From: Gammaproteobacteria bacterium
GTDB taxonomy: Bacteria; Pseudomonadota; Gammaproteobacteria; Eutrophobiales; Eutrophobiaceae
Length of the DNA: 64,000 nucleotides
NCBI GenBank assembly: GCA_963422205.2
Contig: CAXMWX010000009.1
Location: 160,001 to 224,000 of the forward strand
Direction of reading: 5' to 3'
The position numbers and the translations under genes are program-made. Below are positions 8,915-18,013 of this stretch, piece by piece (the first letter of the stretch is position 1; every line of letters starts with the position of its first letter). Under the pieces are notes generated by a model. It was not told where the DNA came from. It saw only the letters and a program-made list of their open reading frames with translations, and made no database searches.

Positions 8915-10762
8915 ATGAGAGCTGGCTCGCTCATGTTCAACAAAGGTCATACATATCCTGCCCCTGGTGTATTTTTAGCCGTCCTTTTATTCATCCCGTC
9001 TCTGGTTCACGCAGGTGAATTCAAACCTGATGAGACTGTGTGTCTGGCTGATTTTTTGCAGGGCATATACGACAGAACGTTGTCGCAGGATCCGGAATTA
9101 GCCTTTAAATCAGGGCAGAGAAAACACTTTGCTCAATGGCATGATCGATCAATCAAACAAAGCAATGAAGCGCTGCGACAAAACTGGCTGGACCTTTATA
9201 CATTGCATAATGACTTCGATTATTCAAGGTTAAATGCTGAAGGGAAATTAAACTATCGCGCCTTTGAAGCGGATCTGAAACTGCGGATTGAACGTCATGC
9301 CTGGCGTTACCATCTCAGCCCGGTCAATCAGATCGTCGGCATACACCTGGAAATACCGGGCTTGTTAACCGGGTCATTTAAAATAAATACAGCAGCAGAT
9401 GCCCGTGCCTATATTGCTGCCATGAAAACAGTGGACGTGCCCATTGATCAATTTATCGAACTTTTTAAGGACCGGGAAGGCAGGGGATTTCTATTGGCAG
9501 AAAGTGTCGTACCACGATTAGTTCAGGCAGCAAAATCAGTCATATCAGGTACGCTGCAAGGCGAGGATGACAATAATATTTTGTTAGCGGATTTCAAACG
9601 AAAATTAACAGATGTTGATGCAGATGATAAAACAATACACAGTCTTCTGACGGATTTTAAGGTAACGATGCAAAATGATTTTATGCCTGCCTATCAGCGT
9701 TTAATTGATACGTTTGAACAACACGGCAGGATAAAACACATCAGCGATGATGGTCTCTGGCGCTATCCTGATGGCGCAGAATTTTATCAGTTTTTATTAA
9801 GGCAATATACAACAACGGCTATCAGTGCTGACCAAATCCATCCCCTGGGCTTAAAAGAAGTCGCACGTATTCATAAGGAAATGAACCGGATCAAACAGGA
9901 GCTTGGGTTTAAAGGTGACTTAAAAGCATTTTTTTCTTACCTGAAGACCGCCCCTGAATTCTATTATCCAAATACACGTCAAGGGCGTGAACAATATCTA
10001 AAACGGGCCCATGACATCATTGAGAAGGCTAAAAGTCGTATTCACGATATCCTCCCAATGGATTTGGCACATGAACTTGTGCCGAGACGAATAGAAGCCT
10101 ATCGAGAGCAGTCCGCACCAGCCGGTTTCTATGCCGCGGGCACAGCGGACGGCAGCGTACCGGGGACGGTTTTTCTTGGGATGTATAACATGGCAAGTAA
10201 CGCCGTCTATGATCTCAATGCACTGCTCGCCCATGAAGGTATTCCCGGCCACCATTTACAATTATCGGTGATGCAATCACAGCAACACATCCCCGACATT
10301 CGCAAATATTATATCTGGTGGTCGAACACCGCTTTTACCGAAGGGTGGGCCTTGTATGCTGAATATCTTGCAGAGGAGATGGGCCTGTATCCTGATCCCT
10401 ATACGGAATTTGGCAGGCTTGCAGGAGAGTTATGGCGTGCCTGTCGTTTAGTTGTCGATAGCGGCCTGCATGCTGAAAAATGGAGTCGTCAACAGGCCAT
10501 TGATTACTTAAATAAGAACACCGCCAGTTCGGTGGAGCATAATATACGTGCTGTTGACAGGTATCTGGCTGTGCCCGGTCAGGCAACGGCATTTAAGATT
10601 GGGATGATAAAAATCCTTCAATTAAGAGAAAAGGCACAGGCCGTTTTAGGCGATGATTTTGATATTCGTGAATTCCACTATGCTGTGCTGAAAAATGGCC
10701 CGCTTCCTTTATCACTTGTTGCAGAAGAAGTGGATGCGTGGGTGTTGAGTAAACAAAAATAG
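8915..10762 (+). CDS. DUF885-family secreted putative metallopeptidase
   Basis: HEGIPGHHLQ, AFTEGWALYAE, LWRACRLVVDSGLH, RYLAVPGQATAFKIG; signal peptide ending VHA. Confidence 0.9.
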   Translation: MRAGSLMFNKGHTYPAPGVFLAVLLFIPSLVHAGEFKPDETVCLADFLQGIYDRTLSQDPELAFKSGQRKHFAQWHDRSIKQSNEALRQNWLDLYTLHNDFDYSRLNAEGKLNYRAFEADLKLRIERHAWRYHLSPVNQIVGIHLEIPGLLTGSFKINTAADARAYIAAMKTVDVPIDQFIELFKDREGRGFLLAESVVPRLVQAAKSVISGTLQGEDDNNILLADFKRKLTDVDADDKTIHSLLTDFKVTMQNDFMPAYQRLIDTFEQHGRIKHISDDGLWRYPDGAEFYQFLLRQYTTTAISADQIHPLGLKEVARIHKEMNRIKQELGFKGDLKAFFSYLKTAPEFYYPNTRQGREQYLKRAHDIIEKAKSRIHDILPMDLAHELVPRRIEAYREQSAPAGFYAAGTADGSVPGTVFLGMYNMASNAVYDLNALLAHEGIPGHHLQLSVMQSQQHIPDIRKYYIWWSNTAFTEGWALYAEYLAEEMGLYPDPYTEFGRLAGELWRACRLVVDSGLHAEKWSRQQAIDYLNKNTASSVEHNIRAVDRYLAVPGQATAFKIGMIKILQLREKAQAVLGDDFDIREFHYAVLKNGPLPLSLVAEEVDAWVLSKQK

Positions 10763-10804
10763 CCATTATCGATGTAATCATTTTTGAAATAAGAGGAAAT
10801 TGAC

Positions 10805-12100
10805 ATGAATAAAACCTGCATACCCATCAGCCTGATTGTCCTGCTGCTGATGACCGTATCTGCTCAAGCCACAGAGCCTGCGAAGATCACGGCCATTGTT
10901 GGCGGCACAATCGTTGACCTTGATGGGAAATCTCCGCTTGAGAATGCGGTTATTCTTATCAGCGGTGAGCGGATTTCAGCAACAGGCAGTGCTGATGAGA
11001 TAACAGTCCCTGCCGATGCTGATATCATCGCTGCCAAAAGCACATGGCTGATCCCCGGGCTGATGAATATGCACGTGCATCTGGGGTTGAAATTGCCTGG
11101 AAAAATGCAGGCGGAACTGGCCAATGAAACCGAAGGCGAGTTGGTGCTGCGTATGGCTGATAACGCCCGCAGGACATTACTGGCGGGTATTACAACGATA
11201 CGCCTGCCCGGTGATGACAGGTGGGGAGACCTGGCCCTGGATAAGGCAATCAGGAAAGGACAGGCAATTGGCCCGCGTATTTTCAGCGCAGGAGAAGCGC
11301 TCGCCATAACGGCAGGACATGGCGCAGAAAAAGGTCAGGTTTACCATGACGGCCCTGATGAGCTGGTAAAAGCGGCACGTCAACAGATCAGTGCTGGTGC
11401 TACGTGGGTCAAGATTTTGATTTCAGGCGGTATCGCTACGGATGGTGGCGATATTGCCGAAGCATTAATGACACCGGAAGAAATCAGCGCGGTTATTGAT
11501 GCTGCCCATCGTTTTGGCATAAAGGTTGCCGCGCATTCCGGCTCTCCCGAGGCCACCAATACAGCAATCGATGCCGGTATCGACAGCATTGAACATGGTT
11601 ATTTTCTTGATCGTAAAACCTTACGCCGGATGAGGAAAGAAGGCACCTGGTTGGTGCCGACTATTTTAGTCAGCCAGCCGGCTTTAGCTCCCTTCTTCGA
11701 AGAAATTGGCACACCTAAATGGTATATGACACGTCGCGAATCAGTCGGCGAGCACCACTGGAGGGCCTTACAGATGGCCATAGAAGAGGGGGTGAGTATC
11801 GCTTTGGGGACGGATCAGTTACCCGCAGCGCCGACTGATGGAACCACCGCCACTGTACGTGAAGCTGAGTATTATGTTGAAGCAGGTATGACGCCCCTGC
11901 AGGCACTTCGCTCAGCCACTATAGAAACGGCAAGATTACTGGACGCCGAAAAAGACCTCGGTTCACTGGCAGCAGGCAAGTATGCAGATATTTTGGCTTT
12001 TGCGAGCGATCCGGTGAAAGACATCAAGGCCCTGCGTAATATTCTGCTCATCATGAAAGGCGGCACCGTGTACAGAAATGAATTAACAACGGGCAACTAA
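10805..12100 (+). CDS. Secreted metal-dependent amidohydrolase (Xaa-Pro dipeptidase-like subgroup)
   Basis: PGLMNMHVH, WVKILISGG, VAAH, SIEHG, GTD, GSLAAGKYAD; signal peptide. Confidence 0.9.
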   Translation: MNKTCIPISLIVLLLMTVSAQATEPAKITAIVGGTIVDLDGKSPLENAVILISGERISATGSADEITVPADADIIAAKSTWLIPGLMNMHVHLGLKLPGKMQAELANETEGELVLRMADNARRTLLAGITTIRLPGDDRWGDLALDKAIRKGQAIGPRIFSAGEALAITAGHGAEKGQVYHDGPDELVKAARQQISAGATWVKILISGGIATDGGDIAEALMTPEEISAVIDAAHRFGIKVAAHSGSPEATNTAIDAGIDSIEHGYFLDRKTLRRMRKEGTWLVPTILVSQPALAPFFEEIGTPKWYMTRRESVGEHHWRALQMAIEEGVSIALGTDQLPAAPTDGTTATVREAEYYVEAGMTPLQALRSATIETARLLDAEKDLGSLAAGKYADILAFASDPVKDIKALRNILLIMKGGTVYRNELTTGN

Positions 12101-12141
12101 AGGGGGAGAGGTTCAAAGGCTGATGTTTGCAGGCAGAATAA

Positions 12142-12546
12142 TCAGCCTAACTCGGCAGTGACCTCAATTTCGATCAGAAACTCTGGCAGCGCCAGGCTTT
12201 GCACACCTATCCAGGTATTTGCAGCAGGTGTCACATCGCCATAAAATTCACCCAGCGCCATGCCAACAGGTTCCAGGTATTCAGGTTTATGGCCAACCAC
12301 GTAAGTGTGCATACGCACGATATCAGCCACACTGGCACCGGCTTCAGCAAGCACGGTCTTAATATTATTGAGCGCCTGGCGGGCCTGGGCGCCGATATCA
12401 TCAACACCAATCACATTGTAATCTTTGTCCCAGGCAACCTGACCGGCACAGTAGATGGTTGATTTACCATCGGCCTTTATCGCCTGAGAAAAACCATATT
12501 GAATACTTCCATACATGGATTTCGGATTGATCGCTTCACGTCTCAT
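12142..12546 (-). CDS. Rid (YjgF/YER057c/UK114) family protein
   Basis: FSQA, IYCAGQV, QARQALNNIKTVLAEAG, LIEIEVTA. Confidence 0.9.
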   Translation of the reverse strand: MRREAINPKSMYGSIQYGFSQAIKADGKSTIYCAGQVAWDKDYNVIGVDDIGAQARQALNNIKTVLAEAGASVADIVRMHTYVVGHKPEYLEPVGMALGEFYGDVTPAANTWIGVQSLALPEFLIEIEVTAELG

Positions 12547-12559
12547 TTTAATTCTCCGT

Positions 12560-13051
12560 TCATATATACTCTACCAGTTCCAGTTGATTGCCAAAAGGAT
12601 CCAGCACATACCAGGAGTGTGATGCCGGACAGGGGCCATTGTCCATAGTGATAGGGCCACTCATTGCCTTGCAACCGTTTTCTTCAAGGAAAGTAATCGC
12701 CAGTTGGATATTATCAACTTCTATACACAGGTGGCGGCTGCCGATGTCACAGTTTCTCGGTGGAGTTTGATTTGTATCACCGGGTCTTTCATATTGGAAT
12801 AACTCCATCCCAAAGTTATCGCCCAGGCGTAACATGGCAATTTCCAGGCGGGCGCCCTTGACATTGATATGGGCCTCGCTCCAGTCCCGACCATCCTCCT
12901 CAGCAGGCATGTCAGCAGAATCAAACGGCCCCATGCGGTATGCCAATTCGGCATCCATCACGTCGGTATAAAATTGAATAGCCGCATCCAGATTGGCTAC
13001 TGTGAGTGAAACATGGTCGGGTCGTTTGAATACAGGTTTTTTTAAGCTCAT
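12560..13051 (-). CDS. VOC/glyoxalase-family metalloprotein
   Basis: DHVSLTV, ELFQY, RHLCIEV, DPFGNQLEL (H-E-H-E metal ligands). Confidence 0.9.
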   Translation of the reverse strand: MSLKKPVFKRPDHVSLTVANLDAAIQFYTDVMDAELAYRMGPFDSADMPAEEDGRDWSEAHINVKGARLEIAMLRLGDNFGMELFQYERPGDTNQTPPRNCDIGSRHLCIEVDNIQLAITFLEENGCKAMSGPITMDNGPCPASHSWYVLDPFGNQLELVEYI

Positions 13052-13076
13052 GGGTTATACCTCGTTTTATCAGGCG

Positions 13077-14411
13077 TCAGTCCGCAATATAATCCTGCAC
13101 GTTTTCCGTTGCCAAGACCAGCGACAAGACAAGTCCAGCCAGGATAATCAGATTACGCCACCACTCAGCCCGGTGATGTTGTACGACACTGGTCTGATTC
13201 AACATATAAAGAACGATGATAAACACCAGCGGGATCACAATCACATTCACCCCCATCAGCAGCACCACCTTCAATAAGGCCGGAAAACTCCAGAAGGGTG
13301 TCAGCAGGGCGGGAATCATCAGAAAAGATGCCAGCAGATAATGGTACGGTTTGTTGTCCGCAGAAAAACGCCAGGGCTGCTTAAACATATCCAGACAAAA
13401 ATACGTGCAAAACTGTGCGGCCACGATCATGGTCGTCATTGCCGCCATGATAACGCCAAGAGAAAAAATCAGCGGGCCAATACCAGCGATGCTCCCAGGG
13501 AAGGCATGCACCAGCACGTTACTCGCTTCATGTACCGTGTCTATCTGTGCATGGTGTTGCAGTGGATACAATGCATAGCCTCCGGCGATGATGATAAAGC
13601 TGGCATAACAGCCAAAGATGAGCCCCAGATTCAACAGGGACTTATGGAAATCCTGTTTTAACGTGCTCGCATCCGCCTGTGCATCAGTAGAGAGATAGGG
13701 CATACCCAGCAAGGCAGCGGGGGCTAAGGCACTGCCGACAATCGCAATCATGGATGTGTTGGCCAGACGCCAGCCGTCCGTCCCCGGGATCGGCAAATCC
13801 GCAGGAATACTGGGCATGAACCCCTTGATAATATCCGCTATTTCGCTGAAGCCACGCAGGGCAACAATAAAGAAGCAGGCAAACATCAGGACCATGAGTA
13901 GGCTCATGGCCTTTTGCATACGCTCGTAGCCCTGGGATAATATCAGCCAGAGTATGCCGCCGGCACAGACCAGGGACAGCAGCACCTCAGCCCACAGATA
14001 CGCCTGAATAGACTGCGCTGCTGCATTGGCTTGTGGCGGGTAAAAACCAAATAGAGACAAAACTGAGGATGTCATCACCGACATCTGTCCCATGATAATC
14101 AGCAGGTGTACCGGAATATTCACAGCAAGCAGCAGCCAGGCGATGCCGGGATGCACCTGCTGGCAGATCAGGGAGAACATGCCATGTTCGTGATTAAGCG
14201 CACCAATGCGAGATGAACTATCTACGGCGACCACGAAGACCGGCAGCATAATCAGCATCACCCACAGCAGTTCATAACGAAACCAGGCCCCGGCGAGGAT
14301 GAAAGAGGCGACTGCGCCTGCGCCCATAGTACCAGCAGCCATGACAGCCGTCGGCCCAATGACACTTTTAAACAGGTTAATGAGCCAGTTCATTGGTTTT
14401 AAGCTAAGCAA
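13077..14411 (-). CDS. Nramp-related (APC-fold) membrane transporter
   Basis: About 11 hydrophobic segments; GPTAVMAAGTMGAG...AGAWFRYELLWV resembles the Nramp/MntH N-terminus; true start may be the ATG at 14393. Confidence 0.75.
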   Translation of the reverse strand: MLSLKPMNWLINLFKSVIGPTAVMAAGTMGAGAVASFILAGAWFRYELLWVMLIMLPVFVVAVDSSSRIGALNHEHGMFSLICQQVHPGIAWLLLAVNIPVHLLIIMGQMSVMTSSVLSLFGFYPPQANAAAQSIQAYLWAEVLLSLVCAGGILWLILSQGYERMQKAMSLLMVLMFACFFIVALRGFSEIADIIKGFMPSIPADLPIPGTDGWRLANTSMIAIVGSALAPAALLGMPYLSTDAQADASTLKQDFHKSLLNLGLIFGCYASFIIIAGGYALYPLQHHAQIDTVHEASNVLVHAFPGSIAGIGPLIFSLGVIMAAMTTMIVAAQFCTYFCLDMFKQPWRFSADNKPYHYLLASFLMIPALLTPFWSFPALLKVVLLMGVNVIVIPLVFIIVLYMLNQTSVVQHHRAEWWRNLIILAGLVLSLVLATENVQDYIAD

Positions 14412-14461
14412 AAGTTAGCGTGTTACAGAATTATACGCCCAGAGTAGCCCTGCCATAATTC

Positions 14462-14505
14462 GATTCAATAACATCAAAGAAACATTTTTGTTGCTTATAT
14501 AACAA
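14462..14505 (-). promoter_or_regulatory. LysR operator and promoter 3 (transporter-VOC-Rid operon)
   Basis: Minus strand TTGTTATATAAGCAA, 17 nt, TGTTATTGAATC; extended dyad TTTGTTG...CAACAAA at 14487-14509. Confidence 0.7.
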
Positions 14506-14760
14506 CAAAGCAGCCGGTCATCGTATTAGCAGGCGGGTATCGCTGATCCCATCGGGCAAGACTGCCTTCAGGTGTCGCTGTGCGTGGTAGAGGTAAAAAG
14601 TTTTGACATCCCGGAACCGTTATGAGCTGAAGGGGATAAGCCTCGCCATACTTCAAAAAATGACTGCTCAAAGAGTAATTTTGCAAAGCTATTATTTTGA
14701 ATATAATCAAATATATTTTATTGTTTTAATCTTTAAACACTTGCGTTTACTATCTGTTGC

Positions 14761-15147
14761 TCACAGTTTATGGTTCATTGAAGAGACGTCCAGGTGATAC
14801 TTAACTTGTTTTTCTTCAGGTATCAGATTTTTCTCCTTTAACAGGGTTTTATCAAAGTCAATAGTACATACAGGTTGAGGGATATTGAAAAATTTCGATA
14901 GACTGTTCCAATCCTTGTTTCTTATGGTTATTGCCTCATTCAAATAAAAACTCACCCAGCTATTTCCTATTTTATGGTTAGGTTTAGTGGCTTCAAGTTT
15001 CGCTTCTGAAATAGCTATATAAGACTCATCTATCTCAAACCCAATATATTTTCTCCCCAGCCTTTTTGCCGAAATTGCCGTTGTGCCAGTGCCTGAAAAA
15101 GGATCCAATACCCTATCATTTTCCTCTGTAGAAAGAAGTATCAACAC
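14761..15147 (-). pseudogene. C-terminal remnant of an N4/N6 DNA methyltransferase
   Basis: VLDPFSGTGTT...GRKYIGFEID (SAM-binding motif I); the N-terminal catalytic part is absent. Confidence 0.8.
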
Positions 15148-15532
15148 TTTTTATAAGTTGTAAAATTGCATCATCAGACCACTCCTGAGCATTTTCAGGT
15201 ACGGTTTTATCGCACCACAAGTCTTTGTAGACCGATCTGTTTAATTCAGGAATGTCGACGATTCGGATGATGGTGATTAAGCGCTTTAGATATTCATTTT
15301 AAAAGCCTGATAGCGCCAGTAATGCCCTCAGCCCATTTTCTTTTTCAGCAATAAGATCTTCAAATATCTTTTTTCTTAATCCCTCTGTTTCAACTCTATT
15401 TTTAACATTCAGCAGGGTTTCCTTTAAGGCATTTATATACCCCTCATAGTCCTCTTCAAACTTGGGATTGAAAAAGTAAAAAGTGTTTTTATTTATTACA
15501 GTGTTAAATTTGCTTTCTATTGATTGCATCAT
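15148..15532 (-). pseudogene. N-terminal remnant of a probable restriction endonuclease
   Basis: Lies between two MTase genes; reading continues past an in-frame TAA at 15299-15301 (SGF*NEYLKRLITIIRIVDIPEL...WSDDAILQLIK), then runs into the MTase remnant. Confidence 0.55.
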
Positions 15533-16777
15533 CTGCGGTTTTCTCAAAGATCAAGATATACTCTTCCCTCATCGTATTTCGCATTCCCTTTATCGGCTTC
15601 AAAATGCTATGAACCAGCAACAGCCCATGATTTTCAGCAGATTTTATTACCTTCTCCTCCAACCTTATGCCTCCGGTTTGATTAGTATTTGAGCCAATTA
15701 TAATCACCATGTATTTTTCTTTTTTCAATATGCGGGCGGCCTCACCGCAAAACTTGTCCATATCTCTAAAGTAGATTTCTATTTTTTCCGCTTTCTTTCC
15801 CCCCTTTAATCCGATGAGTTTATTTTTCAAATCTGTGGGATCGTAGCCAAGATACTCTAACTGTTCCTTGTCATTTTCCACGTAGTCAATGGCAAATGAA
15901 TACGAGGGCGATGTAATTATCGCATCTACTGAGTTATTATCTAATTGTATATCCAGAGCGCTGGATTCGGGGAGAATCCAGAGTTCGCCCAAGGTGCTTT
16001 GGTTGATATGCTTGTTCTCCAGTAGATTTTTAACGGTTTCCATATACCTTCTCAGCACTTTGGCAAATAATTGCTCATGATTTGAGCGCATGACGCGTTT
16101 GGAGTAGCCGAGTGCATCTAAAAATGCCAAGAGAGCAAGATGGGATATTTTTTGTTTTTCTTTACTGGTTTTTGCGATCTTTTCAACCGGGTTTCCCCGA
16201 TTAAAAAAAGAAAAGAGTTTCTCGGGCTTTAATTCTATTTCGGATAGAAGTTTTTTATCAATGCTCAAAGCATCATACTTGGCTCTTATCATTAATTGGC
16301 AAAACGGACTAACATCTATGGCGTAAGAATTAATACCCATTAGCGCCGCCTCAATGTTGGTGGTGCCACTTCCTGCCATTGGGTCAATAATAATGTCATT
16401 CTTTTTGATACCTAAGACATTAATAAGCCCTTTAATCTCAACTGCGGATGGAATTTTCCCCGATACGGAAACAGGCTGTGGGTGGCATAACCTGTAGAGA
16501 ATTGCCCATTCTGAAAATATAAATTCGTTATTGTTGATCTGTTCTTACTTACAGTTTTGGCAACGTCAGCATGAGCTAAGAAATGCTTACTGAGTTTGCC
16601 GTTCTTACTTTTACCGTAAGCTGTCCGGCTCAAGTAGTCTTTTTCCGCCAGTATGCTGTATTCAAGGTACGCCAAGTGAAGCTCGAATAACTCATTAACA
16701 GTAGGTAGTAGAGTCACTTTTTTGCTAAAAAGCACTTCCAGGGGCGTGTTAATGTTATAAAATTTTTCACTTACCAT
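15504..16777 (-). pseudogene. Frameshifted N4-cytosine-type DNA methyltransferase
   Basis: YATHSLFPYRGKFHPQL, frameshift near 16437, IKGLINVLGIKKNDIIIDPMAGSGTT; catalytic motif reads TSPSY instead of TSPPY. Confidence 0.85.
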
Positions 16778-16913
16778 TATTATATGAAAAACCCGGTGAC
16801 CGGTAAACGCCAGCCAAATCTCGCACAAGGGACGTCCATCGCTTCCCTGTCTGCCACGCTTGGCGGCACAGGCAGATGACGGGCGGGACAGGAATGAAAT
16901 TATCTTTGTATGA

Positions 16914-17390
16914 CTACTCAGTAAAGAATTGCTGCCTGAAGCTGAAATTCAGCGCAGCATCCTCGCCCTGGGGGGTGATATTGAGTTCAAATTCCAGAGT
17001 CTCTTCATGGCTGATGCGTACCTCGCCGAGATAGTAGACCGCATATTCAACCTGTATCTCTTTCAGGCTGACCTTGCGTAACTGCTGGTTTAAGTTAGTG
17101 GCGGTCGCCTCAACCTTTGCCTTGACCGACTGGCCGGTCGTGCCCATGTGTTTTTTCAACACCGAGATATTGATGAGCGCACGGTTTTTACTGCGTTTAA
17201 TCTTGTAGTTTTTCGCCACGTCCGGGCTAAGCAAATCTGAGGGGAAGACAGAGAAATGCACAGTGTAATCGCCGAAGGTTCTGGATTGTTCAGCATGCAC
17301 AGCAGCACCACACAGCAGCGAAGTAAACAGCATCAGGGGCATAAACGATTTAATCATCACAGCGCTCCTTATCTTTAAGTTTAGCGGCAT
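16914..17390 (-). CDS. DUF4426-family periplasmic protein
   Basis: Signal peptide, VHFSVFPSDLLSPDVA, ALINISV, YYLGE, FRQQF; usual neighbour of yggT. Confidence 0.85.
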   Translation of the reverse strand: MPLNLKIRSAVMIKSFMPLMLFTSLLCGAAVHAEQSRTFGDYTVHFSVFPSDLLSPDVAKNYKIKRSKNRALINISVLKKHMGTTGQSVKAKVEATATNLNQQLRKVSLKEIQVEYAVYYLGEVRISHEETLEFELNITPQGEDAALNFSFRQQFFTE

Positions 17391-17436
17391 TTGTGTCAGG
17401 TCATTATACTGAACAAAGCAATAAAGTCTGGCATTT

Positions 17437-18012
17437 TTATAAGGATCTCGACAGGATCACCAGCGGCTCAACCAGCAGGTAAAACAGCAGCGGCAGGGCG
17501 ATCAACACAATCAAGGCAGAAAAATCAACACCGGCCACAGGCGGGACATGGCGTCTGACCGGTCGTAACAAAGGCTCGCTCAGTTTATACAATAACACAG
17601 TGATAGGGTTATATGCCCCCGGGTGGATCCAGCTGCTTAATGCCTGAATGAAGATGATCACGATATACATATAGATAAACAGCCGGACAAGTTCAGCCAC
17701 CGCCAGCACCAGCAGACCAGGCAGGCTTGGCAGCGGTCGGTCCAGCAGCAGGTGAGCCAGGCCGATCTCCAGTATTTGCAGCAGCAGCATCAACACAAGG
17801 GATGCCCCGTCTATGCGGGCAAAATTCAGCAGCAATCGGCGCAGCGGCAGCAGTGCCGGGGTGGTGATTTTCACCAGCAGTTGCGATACCGGATTGTAGA
17901 AATCCGCCCGCACCAGTTGCAGCAAAAATCGCAGGGCAACGGCGATAATATACAGGCCAATCAAGGTGCTGATGAGGTAATGTGCCGCTTGTGCTGGCAG
18001 GCTGCCCGTCAT
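17437..18012 (-). CDS. yggT: YggT-family membrane protein
   Basis: LQLVRADFYNPVSQ, EPLLRPVRR, GVDFS. Confidence 0.92.
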   Translation of the reverse strand: MTGSLPAQAAHYLISTLIGLYIIAVALRFLLQLVRADFYNPVSQLLVKITTPALLPLRRLLLNFARIDGASLVLMLLLQILEIGLAHLLLDRPLPSLPGLLVLAVAELVRLFIYMYIVIIFIQALSSWIHPGAYNPITVLLYKLSEPLLRPVRRHVPPVAGVDFSALIVLIALPLLFYLLVEPLVILSRSL

Positions 18013-18013
18013 G

